This document shows, piece after piece, positions 50,373 through 63,571 of a stretch of DNA of 64,000 nt. Position 1 is the stretch's first letter. Each line of letters begins with the position of its first letter. The position numbers were made by a program, and so were the translations under genes. Source of the DNA: Octopus vulgaris (lineage: Eukaryota). Where the stretch lies: NCBI GenBank assembly GCA_951406725.2, contig OX597814.1:46624001-46688000 (forward strand), written 5' to 3'. The notes beneath the pieces are model-generated. The model saw nothing but the letters and a program-made list of their open reading frames with translations, did no database searches and had not been told where the DNA came from.

Positions 50373-53300
50373 GTACCTTATCCCTATTGGCAAAATCATA
50401 TCTTTTGATTAGTTTTTAATTGTAATTTCTTTTAACTTATTGTTTTTAATTTTTTTTAACAAATTTTAATTTGTTTTGATAATTTAAAATTAACAGTAAA
50501 CTATTAAAGTTAAAACTTGGTGATTCTTAAAGATTTTCTGGAAATATTTCACAGTATAAGAATTGAAATGTCATTTAGGAGAAGTGTAACGGAATGATAA
50601 TGGTACATTTGCTCTCCCTGACACTGAAATGAAAGAGACATGGAAGTGTTATTATGAGAGGCTGCTGAATGTGAAGAATACATAAGAGGGAAGGAGTATA
50701 CCCAAAGTAGACCCAACAGAGAGATTAGCCATTTAAGTCAATGGCAGTATGGTTGCTAAGGTGATTAAAGATACAAAAACAGGGAAAACAGCTGTCCCAC
50801 CAAAAATAGTCACTGAGATGTTGAAAATATCTGGCAAACTAGGGTATGGTTTAGTCACTCAGATAGTCAAGTGATACAAAAAAAGCATCATACCCATTGA
50901 CTGGCATAGCAGCATTATTATAAACTGTTACAAAGACAATAGAGATGCACTAAAGAGAGGAAACTACAGAGGCATCAAATTGTTGGACCAGGTTACATTG
51001 ATTGGGAACAGGATTAACCTAGATGAAATGCAGTTTGGTTTTGTATCATGAAGAAGTACCACAAATGCTATCTTCATAGTTATACAACTGTAAGAGAACT
51101 AATTAGCTAGAAGTAAGCCTTTTGACTTAGCATTTATAGATTGGGGGGAAGCCTTTTATGGGGTTTGTCACTCTGGCATCTGGTGGGCACTAATGGAAGT
51201 TTACGATAGATGAATGACTTATGAAAGCCATACAAGCTATACAGTCAACAAGGTGAGAATTAACAAGTACAGTGAAGAATTTTAGGTAGGTATTCATCTT
51301 GAAGTAGTCCTTTTCTCTTTCCTGTTTATTATAGTGCTTTAAGCTGTAACAAAGGAGTTTGAAACTAGCTGTCCATGCAACTTGTATGTACTGATAACTT
51401 TATTCTTTAACGGAACCTGGAATTAAAAACTGGAATTAAAGGGCCTTAAAGTAAACTTACTCAAGATTAAAATTACGATAAGCAGACAATAAAAACTGTG
51501 CTGTCAGAGAAATAGCCATGATCAAAATGCAGGAAAGGAGTAGGTAGAAAATTCATAGTGTGCCCAGTGTAAACAATCAATGCACAAGAGATGGAGTGAG
51601 GTCACAGGCAGGTTAACAGCAAAGGTAGTTTTCACATGTACCAACTGCACAGGAGCATTAAGCAAGGAATGTACCTGGGAAATAGAGCCTCTCAACTGCT
51701 TAGGAGGTTCCTAAGAAGTAGCCAATAGCTTTTGTTATCTAAGTTACCTAGTTTGTTTATATGTATGTATGTGTGTGTATACACACATATACACACAACG
51801 GGTTTTAGTTTCCATTTGCCAATTTCACTCATATGGTATTGGTCAGCCCATATTTTTAATATAGAATGTCAGCTGACAGTATCCACACAGTGGGACCAAA
51901 TCCCTACCCATGTAGTTTCAAAGTAAACTTATTATTCACACATGTGAAGTTGTGCCTTTAGCCATGTCTGCTTCTTTACATGCATGCATGTATGTGTGCA
52001 TGCACACTTGCACACACACACACACATAATTACTATATGTTTATTTTATTTATCTTACAATTTATCTCTGTCTATATAAGAAAGAATAAGTTAGTGAGAG
52101 GAGAAAGAGGGACAGCAAGGTAGGTAGAAAGTGATGTAAGAGGGGAGAGAAAATGAAATTTTTAGGGAGAATTATGAAGATATGAAATTGATTGTTTTTA
52201 CTATTACATAGAGTCAAAACTATTGAAAAGGTTGCAAGACGCAACAAAAATTTTAGAAAATTAAAAAAAAAAGAAACAAGTGGAAATTTTACCAATGAGT
52301 ATGTTAAATTATAAGGCACCAAAAGAGAATGACTCCCCCCAGACACAACAGAATATGCTTCAACACACGAACTCACATAAAGAATCTTGCAAACTAAATC
52401 CCAAAACAAAATACTATTACATAAGTTTGTAAACAAATCTCCTTTAGTGAATTTTTTTCACAGAACTTAGTGTATGTATGTGTGTTAAATCTTTACAAAT
52501 ATTGTTTATTTTGTGCGTGTGTATGTGCATTTTTTCTTATTCATATATGCACCCTTCTCATTTGTGTGTTTATGTGCATGTATTATGTTTGACTTGTCTT
52601 TATCTCTAAGAGTTGTATGTATGTGTGTGGGTTTGTGTACATGAAACCCTGTGCATTCCTATCATATTCTTTGTCATCAGAAATGGTGACAACTTTTTGT
52701 GTTGGCACAATGAACAAAATATTTCTATTTTTATGCTTCAATGGGGCAGATTCCCTTCAAATTTTTTCAGGCAGGGGCATATGACTAAGAGCACATTGAT
52801 CAAAACATTTTAACTACATCATGTAGCTTACTCAAAAACAAGAAATACGCATGCATGCAAACAAAATTTGGATTTTAGTATTATACAGATAAATAAGAAT
52901 TACTGAATTTAGCTAGTAATCAACTGATTTTTACTTCTTAATATGTTCAAACATAACAGTAAATTATGATTAGATAAAGAAAACAATACTAACTTCATAT
53001 GAGATTATAATCGGATTAAACAATAACATAGAATCACTGTAATTATACTACACTATAATATAACCTTAACTGTACTTTGTTTTGAAGGTTATCATATATA
53101 CTGAGTGATGTAGCTTTACTGTACCAAGCTTAAATGTCATATTAACTGCTTTTTTTTTCTTTCTGTGGGTATTTGATTATTATAATTAAGAACAGACTTG
53201 TATACATAAGACATTATGTTAAGATATAACTAAAACTAGCCATATAGCCCGGCATTGCTCGGGTTTGTTTTCTTTTCAACCCTTAAGAATTGGAATTTTT

Positions 53301-56300
53301 GAAAAGTAAAAATTTTAAGTGAACATTTTTTCTGGTTGAAATACACCACAAAATGGTGACACAGCAATCAAAAATCGTAAAAAAATAGGGATTTTCATAG
53401 AAAAAAAGCACCTTTTTTATGTAAATAATTTTTGGTGTTAACATGGTCCGATTTGAAATTTTTCTTCTACTGAATGAAGAGCAAGCCTTCTTCTATCATA
53501 CTCTCAATTTTGGTCAACTTACGCCACAGGGTCTCGGAGGAGATAGTGTTAGTTGAAGGCTACCAAACCTGCCACACACACACACACACAGATAACTTCA
53601 GCTTTATATATATAGATTAATGTGTAACTTTCTAAATTCTGCTCCTTCAGTTGCTAATTTTACCATTTCCCTTTCAATTATTCACTTGCTTGATGAAATG
53701 TTTAAAATTTTAATTTGAAAGTACAACTTCTATATTACTGTTGTAGTTTGTGTGTGTGTGTGTGTGTGTGGAGGGGGTGTCATTTAAAAAATTATTTCAA
53801 GTTCTTTTTTTTTTAAATGTCCTAGGCTGCTGTGAAAGTTTACAAGAAAGGTTTGCAGTATGAAGGAGCTCAGCAACGTGAACAGCTTTTACTACAAATT
53901 GTTTTACAAAAGCAGGGATTATGCAAACAACTTGGTATGGTTAAACAATAAAACTTAAAATTGTTTATGTAAAAGATTTTTATGATGAAAAATCATGAAG
54001 TTCATTATCTTATATAGTTAAATTTCTCTCATATTTATACTTTTTATTATGAAGAATTTATTTGTTCTAGACTTTAAATTTAATTGATTTTCTTTCCTCA
54101 TAGGATTGAAACTTCCTCATAGGATTGAAACTTCCTCATAGGTTACATGGAACAATCAACAACCTAAATCTACTGGTGCAAACTAGCATTCAATATTTGT
54201 TTCTTTTAAATACACCACAGAGCATATTTAGTACATCCTATTGCTTTGGCCCATACCTTGCACCAAGTTACCCCTGATTGAGCAGACCTATTATCTAAAG
54301 CAATCCAGTATATGACCATTTTTTTTGTATATCTAGAACTACATTATCCAATGTGCCCTTTCTTTTTTAAGATTAGGTTGTGACTTGAGGGAGATTGTCT
54401 GATATTTCTAGCTGGCTGAGCACCAATGAAAGGCTCATTTGTTGACTCAGTAGAAATGGTAGACATTAGACTCCGTCTTTTGCAGTATTTAGTTTACTCA
54501 ATATCAGTCTTCTGGAAAAATGCTGCTAAGACAGTTAGTTAACTTCCAATCATTCTGCAATAATAGAATTGGTACCAGTAACATACTAGGATCAATTCAG
54601 TTGACTACAGATCACCTACAGAAAACAAAACAAATGGCTATAGGCTTCTCTAAGAGAACAGTAATAGAAACGAAGTTATTAATGATATAAGGCAGCAAGC
54701 TGGCAGAATTGTTAACACACCAGGCGAAATGCTTAGCAGTATTTCATCTGTCTTTATGTTCTGAGTTCAAATGCTGTTGGGGTTGACTTTGTCTTTCATC
54801 CTTTCATCCCTTGTGTCTGTAGTAGAAAGGGTTGTTAATGATGTTGTAATTGACTTTCTAAACAAATCTTTTGCAGTTGAAGTAATTGACAGTTTTCAAA
54901 TAAATGGTCATAGTATATTGGTTGAAGAACTGCTGGAGTTGAATCTTTACCAAATAAAATGTTTAACAGAGTTGAAAACGTTCTCATTTTACATGATACA
55001 AATGTTTATAAAAGATGTTTTGATGTAAGTGTTTCATTTTCGTTTTGTTTGTTTTTTTTTCTTTCATTCCTTGGTATTATTATTCAGTATCCAGCTGATT
55101 TCTTTTGTCTTTTCTAAAAGCGATAACATTTTATTACTTATAATAAAGATCTCATGTGTGTGCATTTGATATTTTACTGTACCACAATATGACCTGATGT
55201 TTTGACTCATATTCCAACCCATGCAAGCATGGAAGAATGGACATAAAACTGAAACCAGATGTATATAATATTTTCCATCTTCTAGTAATACTAACCAATT
55301 TTCATCCTTCTCCCTCCTTTTAAAGATTAACACACACACACATACACGCACACACAGACATACACACACTCACTTCATGTGCAAGGAGTCAAGGAATGAG
55401 AGAAAATTGGTTAGTATTACTAGAGACAGTAAAATAGCAAATACACACATGTTTCAGTTTTATGTCCATTCTTCCATGCTTGCATGGGTTGCATGAATAT
55501 GTTAACAGGGAGAAGGATGAAAATTGGTTAGTATTACTAGAAGATGGAAAATATTATATACATCTGGTTTCAGTTTTATGTCCATTCTTCCATGCTTGCA
55601 TGGGTTGCATGAATATGTTAACAAGACATTGTCTTAGAGCTGGATGCCTTTCTTGGTACTAACTTTTATCTGTTTTTCATGTAAGGGATCTCTTATTCCA
55701 TGCTACTTTGAAGGTACTGGACTGCAGTCATGCTGGGACCTTAGGATTTTAGTTACTTACAATAATTATTTCAGTCCAGTACTTATAGTATAGATTTGTG
55801 TGTGCTCATTTGTTTTACAACTGTTTTTCCATGCTAGTGTGGGTCAGAGGAATGTGCTATTGGAACATTATTTTACAGTTGCAAGCCATCCTGTCATTAA
55901 TCCTTACTTGTTTTTTAAATCTTTAGTGTTCAGATTATTCTGTCAAATGTGATTTTTTAAATCTATATTGCTTTGAATTAATCATGCCTTATCTTGTAGT
56001 TTAGAGATTTCAATGATGTGATTTTTTTAGTTTTAGAATGACATGGCAGGGCTGAGGTGAGAGGCGAGATCTGGTCAGTTTCAATATAAAACAGGTAAAA
56101 TATTTTGGCTGGATATGGCCGGTTTGAATGCTAAAGGATTAAGTAAGGGAATTTTAATACCACTCATTTTCAAAATCATAGAGACAACAGATCTTTTGTT
56201 GATAAGGAATTGTCAACAAACAACACTGTTTGTAGCTTAACCCTTTAGCATTTACACCAGCCGTGTCCAGCCAAAATATTCTATCTGTTTTATCTTCAAA

Positions 56301-59300
56301 CTAGCCAGATCTGGCCTTTTGCACTTAGCCTGCATTATTATCCTAAAAATAAACAATCATGTTATTGAAATCGCAAAGTCACAGGATAATGCCTCATTAA
56401 TTCAAAACAATGTGAATAAGTGAGCATTACATTTGACAGAGAAATCTGAATGCTAAAGAGTTAATACCTTTTTCATGTACAGCACAAAATGCAGACATTC
56501 ACACACACACACACACATGTACAACATTATATATGATGGTCTTCTGTACCAAACAAATCCACTCACAAGGCATTAGTCAACCTGGTGTTACATTAGACAC
56601 TTACTCAAGGTGCAGGATAGTGGGAGTAAACCCAAAACTCCATGGTTGAAAAGTGAACTTCCCAGTCACAAAGCCTACTATCTAAAGAAAAAAAAACATT
56701 GGGTATGCTTACAATTAATGCAAGTACTGTGAGATGAACAGAGATAATTTTGTGTAGTATGAGGCATAACCAGAATACTGTAAATTGTTGCCTTTGACTT
56801 CTCTCTGTCGGCAATGCTTTTACTATGGTTAGCCTAGTGTATCACCTATGATATATAATTTTAATGATTCTATAACTCTAATGCAATCAATCACAATCTG
56901 TTACACACTCACAACAAAAAAAAAGATACTGAAGATAATATCTTACACTTGTTACATTCAAATTAGCTTTTAATTCACAATAGTTATTAAAATATAACTT
57001 TTTAAATAGAGTCACAGTTTTATTACCTGACCCTGTGTGTATATATATATATATATTTTTTTTTTTTTTGCTGTTGCAGATCTCTAAATGCAATTCACAC
57101 CAATGGATTTGTACATGGTGACTTGAAACCTTGCAATTTGATGTGGAGTGCACAGAATGGATGTATGAAACTCATAGATTTTGGACTTAGTTTTCACATT
57201 AGTGATGAGGTACTTAAATAGTTACCTGACTTTTTATTTGCCTCTGCACACTCCCCTCTCCCACCCTTTTTTTTTATCAAGTAACTACATGAGTAATCTT
57301 GAGTAGAATGGAAATTGCCTGCAAGCCATATCCACAAGCATGTTTTGATTCTGATATTTATTAACTTTTGTTGTTATTGATTAGGAGTGGCATGAACATC
57401 AAACTTATTCATTCCTATTGAAAATTCTTTAGCTACAATATTATGGAAGAGATCTGTAGAAAGCTTTCTCCAAAATATGCTCATTAGCATAACCTAATTG
57501 CAGCCATAGTAAACATATATATATAGGTTATATGTTATATTTTTGGTCCAAAATAGAGGTGACAGTTTCTATAATTTGGGAGTATACTTTGGAACTAGCA
57601 ATGTTGTTAAATTGAAATTATTCAAGACAGACAACGTTTAAAAAAAAATAATGTAGTTGTTTAGTCCTCGGTTAACTTTGGTCAAGCAGACCATTAATCA
57701 ATGTGACTAATCTCATCTTTAGAATATCAATGGCTACATTGTTCAGTATATCCTTCCTTATTTAAGATTTGAGGAATTTAAGCTGCTATTTCTAACAGGT
57801 TTAGTCACCCCAGAAAGAAAGTCCTTGTGAACTCACAAAACAAACGTATTTCTTTGTATGTTGGTGTGTGTGGTGTCTGTTAGGACTACATGGCTATAGT
57901 TTAAAAAGTCGACTGTTTTAAATGAGCTAATGTAAATTTGTGACTTATTGCCTGTGTCATTATAACATCATTAAAGACTTCATCTTCAAAAGATTAATTA
58001 AATAAGGATAGATTGGAATAGTTTCCTGTGGTCTATGAGAAGACTTGAATTCAATATGCAAACAAAGGAATTATCAAATACACATTGTCCACAATGTTTA
58101 CAGAAGTGAACTAACTGAGCATTATTATTGTTTATATAGTATCTGTTTACAACTACCTGTATTGTGTTAATAAAACTTAAGTAACTGGCTTTGCCAGGAA
58201 CACAGTAACTAATAAACTTTGGTTATTGTGGTTCAAGCTGTACATACATATGTATACATTAGACTCAAATTTAGGATTAAGAATTACATTACATTCATAA
58301 AAAAAAAGAATGGAATTCTTTACTTGTGAAAAAAAAATACATTAATCAAACCACCTTAATTAGTTAATGAAAGAGTTACAAATATAAAATATGATAACCT
58401 TTTTGCTTTGAAGCTCACTTAATCTTGTGTTTAATATTGGTATTATAGGAAGGCGGCAAGCTAGCCTGATTGTTAGCATGCTAGGCAAAATGCTTAGAGG
58501 GATTTCATGTCTTTGCAGTCTGAATTCAAATTCCACCAAGGTAGATTTTGCCATTCATCCTTTCTGGGTGGATAAAATAAGTACCAGTTGAAACACTGGG
58601 GACAATGTAATTGACTTATCCCTCCCACAAAATTGCTAGCCTTGTGCCAAAATATGAAACAAGTATTTGTTTTATGGTTTATTTTTTAATTTTTTAACAA
58701 TGATTATAATGATTAAACATGTAACATTTTATGTAATTAACTATTTCAGGATGTTTGTCAAATTCAATCCCCCAGCTATCGAGCTCCAGAAGTTGTTATG
58801 TATAACAAAGGCAAAAGAGATATTAAACTGACTCAAGCAGTAGATTTGTGGAGTTTAGGGTGCTTACTCATCTGGATGTTCACAGGTCAAAAGATGTTCC
58901 AGAAAAAACCAGCTGGTCCCTGTAATAATTGTAGTGTAAGTACCTGACTCATCATCATCATTTAATGTCTATTTTCCATGTTGGCATGAGCTGGACAGTT
59001 TGACAGAAGACGGCGAGCTGGCAGAAACGTTAGCACACCGGGCAAAATGCTTAGCGGTATTTCGTCTGCTGTTACATTCTAGTTCAAATTCCGCCGAGAT
59101 CAACTTTGCCTTTCATCCTTTCAGGGTTGATAAATTAAGTACCAGTTACGCACTGGGGGCGATATAATCAATTTAATCCATTTGTCTGTCCTTGTTTATC
59201 CCCTCTGTGTGTAGCCCCTTGTGGGCAGTAAAGAAATAAGTTTGACAGAAGCTGACCAGCTGAAGGGCTGCTCAGGCTCCATGTCTTTTTTTTGGCATGG

Positions 59301-60379
59301 TTTCTATGGCTGGATACCCTTCCTAATGCCAGTCACTTTATTGAGTGTACAAGGTGCTTTTATGCAGTACTGGTACAGGTGCTTTTTACGTGGCACCAGC
59401 ATTTACAGGCCTGCAAGATTAGGGATGGTCAGCTGGAGAGGGTTGCAAGGGATGAAAGCTATTTTCAAAAACCAAACCAGTTTATATAACAATGGGATTT
59501 TGTGTGTCATGTGGATCTGAAAAATAGTCTGAATTTAGTAGAGTTTGTAGGGGGCTGATAGGAATTGACATTGTCACAAGTTGTTAGGTAGAGAGAACCA
59601 TATGGTGTCTTAAACTGATGTGTAGATTAAAGAAAGCCACTGTGGCTGATGTTACTATGTGTATTGATGCTATGCTGTGGTAATTGGGAAACAAAACTAT
59701 GATTAACATGTCATTAGATTTAGGCTAAAGAAGTTTGATTGATGTAATTATAAGTGATGAGGGAGATAACTTTGTAATAGAATGCTGAGCAGCTGTAACC
59801 AGAATAAATAATAGAAAAGGAACGCAACTACAGTAGAATTAAATTCTGTATTACTGGTACTGATATTAACACCAATAATATATATAATTATCATTTTTAG
59901 TGTCTTGCTTCTTTAATTTTTAAAATTTCTCTGTAGGATAAAAAGTCAAGTTGATATTTTGAACCCAAAATCACACATGTCAAAATTTAAGTTTGTTGCA
60001 CAAGGTTAATGATAAACTGAGACTAAGCTTTTGATTTTGATTTATAAATGATACTGTAGGCAGCCGTAATACAGAAGTAGTGAAAGTAGTTTTATTTTAG
60101 TTTTCTTTTTATGTTTTATATTATAAGTATGAATCCATATAAGTATAGATTGGTTAATCTAATGACGATGACAATAAATCAAGAACATTTGAAGAATTAC
60201 ATAACAAAATAATCGTTTTAATTTTATATTTATAATTATCAGTTGCAGAAGAGAAATGTGGAAAACTGTGAATATGGTATTTTAGCACAACAAATGATTG
60301 ATGACAAAATTGCAGGAGAACCATTGCGTAGTTCAGAAATGGGATCTGCTTGTCTAGCCTTCCGAAAATTAGTGTCCCG
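50244..60379 (+). CDS. UHMK1: UHMK1/KIS-like serine/threonine kinase, 3'-partial: join(50244-50372,53826-53934,54877-55024,57080-57209,58750-58935,60243-60379,...)
   Basis: The spliced product has a Gly loop LGLGKCCNVY, AAVK, alphaC Glu (QQRE), HGDLKPCNLMWSAQNGCMKLIDFGLSF, IQSPSYRAPE and AVDLWSLG. This closely parallels human UHMK1 as recalled (HADLKPRNILWSAENECFKLIDFGLSF..IQTDGYRAPE..AVDLWSLG). The C-terminal UHM domain would lie beyond the window. Confidence 0.85.
50575..51750 (+). mobile_element. Old RTE-clade LINE fragment in a kinase intron
   Basis: [20 protein letters not shown] and AFID remnants with many stops. Confidence 0.8.
53236..53616 (-). mobile_element. Helitron-like MITE
   Basis: Minus strand TCTATATATATAAA...GAGCAATGCCGGG..GGCTAG; A|T insertion site. 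Confidence 0.78.
53826..53934 (+). CDS. UHMK1: UHMK1-like exon (AAVKVYKKGLQYEGAQQREQLLLQIVLQKQGLCKQL)
   Basis: tag acceptor, gtatgg donor; subdomains II-III. Confidence 0.88.
54094..54143. repeat. 19-bp tandem repeat ttcctcataggattgaaac x2.6
   Basis: Direct reading. Confidence 0.85.
54877..55024 (+). CDS. UHMK1: UHMK1-like exon (EVIDSFQINGHSILVEELLELNLY...MIQMFIKDVL)
   Basis: cag acceptor, gtaagt donor; hinge region. Confidence 0.88.
55215..55623. repeat. 101-bp perfect inverted repeat (55215-55315 / 55507-55607) plus a degenerate direct copy (about 55402-55506)
   Basis: The same peptide REKDENWLVLLEDGKYY.. appears on both strands in the ORF track; arms compared by eye. Confidence 0.9.
55919..56138 (+). 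mobile_element. piggyBac-like TTAA MITE
   Basis: TTAA at 55915-18 and 56139-42; TIR ~ccctttagcatt. Confidence 0.8.
56241..56460 (-). mobile_element. piggyBac-like TTAA MITE, inverted relative to 55919-56138
   Basis: TTAA|ccctttagcatt...aatgctaaagag|TTAA. Confidence 0.85.
57080..57209 (+). CDS. UHMK1: UHMK1-like exon (SLNAIHTNGFVHGDLKPCNLMWSAQNGCMKLIDFGLSFHISDE)
   Basis: Catalytic loop and DFG; cag acceptor, gtactt donor. Confidence 0.93.
58750..58935 (+). CDS. UHMK1: UHMK1-like exon (DVCQIQSPSYRAPE...AVDLWSLGCLLIWMFTGQKMF...CNNCS)
   Basis: APE and DxWSLG motifs; cag acceptor, gtaagt donor. Confidence 0.93.
59010..59238 (+). mobile_element. Family B SINE with TSD agtttgacagaag, nested in a minus-strand RTE tail (about 58950-59420); older family B copies at about 16640, 22240, 23590, 54690, 58450, 60575 and 60810
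   Basis: TSD at 58997-59009 and 59239-59251; Nin domain. Confidence 0.88.
60243..60379 (+). CDS. UHMK1: UHMK1-like exon (LQKRNVENCEYGILAQQMIDDKIAGEPLRSSEMGSACLAFRKLVS); alternative in-frame acceptor at 60249
   Basis: Phase-0 entry, open frame, gtatga donor; aligns loosely with subdomain X (FRKLVSR ~ LRDLIKS). Confidence 0.75.
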
Positions 60380-61310
60380 GTATGAATGTTTTGATGTTAT
60401 AAATATTTGACATCTATTTTTTTTTTGTTGCACATGTAAATGTTTTATTATTGTTACTGACTTTTTTTATTGATAAATATAAATCCCACCTTTTGTGTGT
60501 TGTATTTTGTCCTTTTATATTGTTTTCACTGTCTTTGGCTTTTGTGGCTAATAAAAGAAATCATTATGACTATTAAGGCAAATGGCAGTGTCCTGGCAGA
60601 ATTGTTAGTGTGTTGGACAAAATATTTAGTGGCATTTGGCCCATCTTAATATTTCAAATTCAAATTCCACCAAGGTCAACTTTGCCTTCCATCCTTTCAG
60701 GATGGATAAAATAAGTACCATGCATTGGAGTCAGGCATCAACAAGCCCTCTCCCCTAAATTTCAGGAATTGTACCTACAGTAAAAAGGATTATTATTATT
60801 ATTATAAAGGTAGTGAACTGGCAGAAACATTACTGTTCTGGATAAAATGTTTAGCAGCATTTCTTCTGGTTTTTTAAGTAAATTCTGCCAAGGTTGACTT
60901 TGCTTTTCATTTTTTTTGAGGGTCAATAAATTAAGTACCAGTTTGGCAGTGGGTCATTGTAATAAACCTTCTCCCTCTCCACAAAACTGTTGGCTTTGTG
61001 CCAAAATTTGAAAGAATTATTATTATTGTGGAGGTGCATAGCTTAGTGGCTAGGATCTTGCACACATGATTGTAAGAGTGTGGTTTTGATTACTGGATTG
61101 GGTGATGCATTGTGTTCTTGTGCGAAAGACCTCATTTTACATTGCCGATTCCACTCAGCTGGTAAAAATGAGTAATCCTGTAACTGGCTGGCATGCTGCC
61201 CAAGGGGAGGAGGGTATAAATGCCATGGAATCTGAAAAAACTGGCCTTATGAGCTTATGGCTTGTACAGGACTTTCGATCCCTTATTTTTTTAGATTATT
61301 ATTATTATTG

Positions 61311-62533
61311 ATTTGATTCAGGTTCAATCTTATTCCTGGTAGAATTTATGTGAGTTGTGGGTTGCTTAGTCTTTCAAGTGCTTAAGGCCCTCCTGATAAT
61401 CTTTCCTGTTTTTAAGAGGCAAACTTTCTGTAGAAGCTCTACAGAACATTCTATTTCAATCTCCTATTATTATTGCATACTTGCACCGATCTTTTTCAGC
61501 CATATTGGTAGTTGAGTGCTGATACTTCCAAATGCACTAATTACTATTGGTATCACATCCACTCTCATCATTGACCTCAACCTTTGTATTTCCCACTTTA
61601 AATCGTTGTAGTTGTCTATTTTTTCTTCTTTCACATTGATCCTGTTGTCACTGGGGCATGCTATGTCGAAAATTATACATGTACTTTCTTTTTTATTCAC
61701 CACAACAGTGTCCGGTTTCCTATGTCTGGTCAGGTGATCGCACTGGATCATTACATCCCACAGAATTTTGCAGTTCTCATTTTCAGTGACTCCTTCTGGG
61801 GCTTGTTCATACCACGTGTTTGCTCTTTGTAGGTTGTGATTTCCACAAATCTCCCAATGGATCATTCTTGCCACATTGTCTTGGTGTCGTTTGTATTTGC
61901 ATTGTGCCAATTTCGGGCATTCACTAATGATGTGCCATACTGTTTCACCCCTTTCAACACACATTCTGGATTTATCGCTATTGGTAGTGTTGTCAATTCT
62001 GCTTGTCATATAATTGGTCCTTAATGCTTGTTCTTGAGCTGCGCATATGAGTGCTTCTGTGTCTACCTTCAGTTCATTCCTCCTCATCCATAGCCACTGG
62101 TCCTCTGTATTTGTTTGGCATTCACATCTCTTGCAAACTGACCATACATTCCATGCTTTTTCTTTTTTCTTTTTTGTTTATTCCTTGTTTAAATTTTTCT
62201 TTAGTTACACAATTTTCAGTTTTGATGACACCAGCCTTCTTTGTATGTTTCAACAGTAGCTCCACAGCATTTATTATATACCATCCTAGGCTGTTTTCCT
62301 CTGCTTCAATACAGTCCTGGCAACTCATCAAACTTCTCCCAGCCTTTCTTCTGGACAAGTAAAGCCTATCGGTGTCACTCTTAGGGTGGAAGGTTCCTTG
62401 TACAGTCAACATTTTTCTAGTCTTGGTATCCATTTTCTTCATTTCTCTCTTTTGCCATTTTATAATTCTTGCTCCATACTGAAGTGATGCCATTGCCCAT
62501 GTATTAACTGCTTGGATTTTATTCCATCCAGTC
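61311..62533 (-). mobile_element. R4/Dong-clade non-LTR retrotransposon, 3' part
   Basis: TEALICAAQEQALRTN, RMC..GETVWHIISECPKLAQ, KILWD, RKPD, DIACP and IPIVI (REL endonuclease); flanked by (TTA)n on both sides. Confidence 0.85.
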
Positions 62534-62534
62534 A

Positions 62535-62573
<39 letters not shown>

Positions 62574-62599
62574 ATCATCATCATTTTCCAGAAGTTTTA

Positions 62600-63550
62600 T
62601 TTTTATTGCATGCTTTTATTCCACTGCTCTACCAAATACAGCTCTGTGTTTCTGGGTATGTGCAATGTTTTATTTTGGCTTTGTTAGTTTTGGTGTATTT
62701 AAAGTGCTCTATGTAATATGTCTGCATGCTATTTTTGTATGTTAAGCATATTTGTGTGTCCAAGGATACTGGGGTATGTTTGAATTTTTTCTATCATTTC
62801 CAAAGCACCTACTATTACAGGGATTGTTTCTATTTTCAAGCCTCACATTAGATTATCACTGTTTCCAGGTCTTTGTATTTGGATAATTTCTCCATCTCTT
62901 TCATATAAATACATTATTATCTTTTGGGACTGATATGTCAATTAGGAAGCATTTCTTTTACTGGTGATCTTTGACAATAATACCTGGTTAGTTAGCCTTG
63001 GTCTTCTTGTTTGTGTATTGGCATATATCAGAGTGTGGTTGCTTTGCCATTTTCTGCAACCTTTTCTAGTGTATACTTGTACCACATCTTTTCTGTTGAT
63101 GTTTTATAGATCTGGCATAACTTCCCATGTAAGTCCTAGGTCTGTCATGTCTGTGGATATATTCTTTCTTAGCTAAAACTGGGCAACTTGAGATAATAAA
63201 ATTAATTGTTTCTTTTCCCATTTGCACATATTCTGTGACTACTATGTTGTGCTTTATTATATGCTTTTGGTGGTTTCTGATGGAGAGACTTTGGTCCTAA
63301 GCTGCAACCAAGAAACCTTCAGTCTCTGCTTTGAATGTTGCACTTCTCAACCTGCATTAGGATTTTCCTTTGTCCATTACCAGCTTTTACTATTTTACAA
63401 GTATTGGACATGTATGGGCTTTTCTTACCTCATTCATTCTGTAATTCCAATTTTACTTTAAATCTCAGCTGTTTCATAATTTCTGTTGTTGTTCACCATT
63501 TTCTTAGCAGTTATTTGTTATTGCTCCCCACCTTCAAAAATGCTGGCCTG
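62600..63550 (-). mobile_element. Second, more decayed R4/Dong-like element
   Basis: KAETEGFLVAA, KCFLIDISVP and TIPVIVGAL remnants. Confidence 0.75.
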
Positions 63551-63571
63551 TGCCAAATATTATTTTTGATA

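Noticed and set aside
59937-60004. Possible poison exon (tag|GATAAAAAGTCAAGTTGA...AAG|gttaat) in a kinase intron
   Set aside because: Weak donor and no supporting evidence; such sites arise by chance in AT-rich introns.
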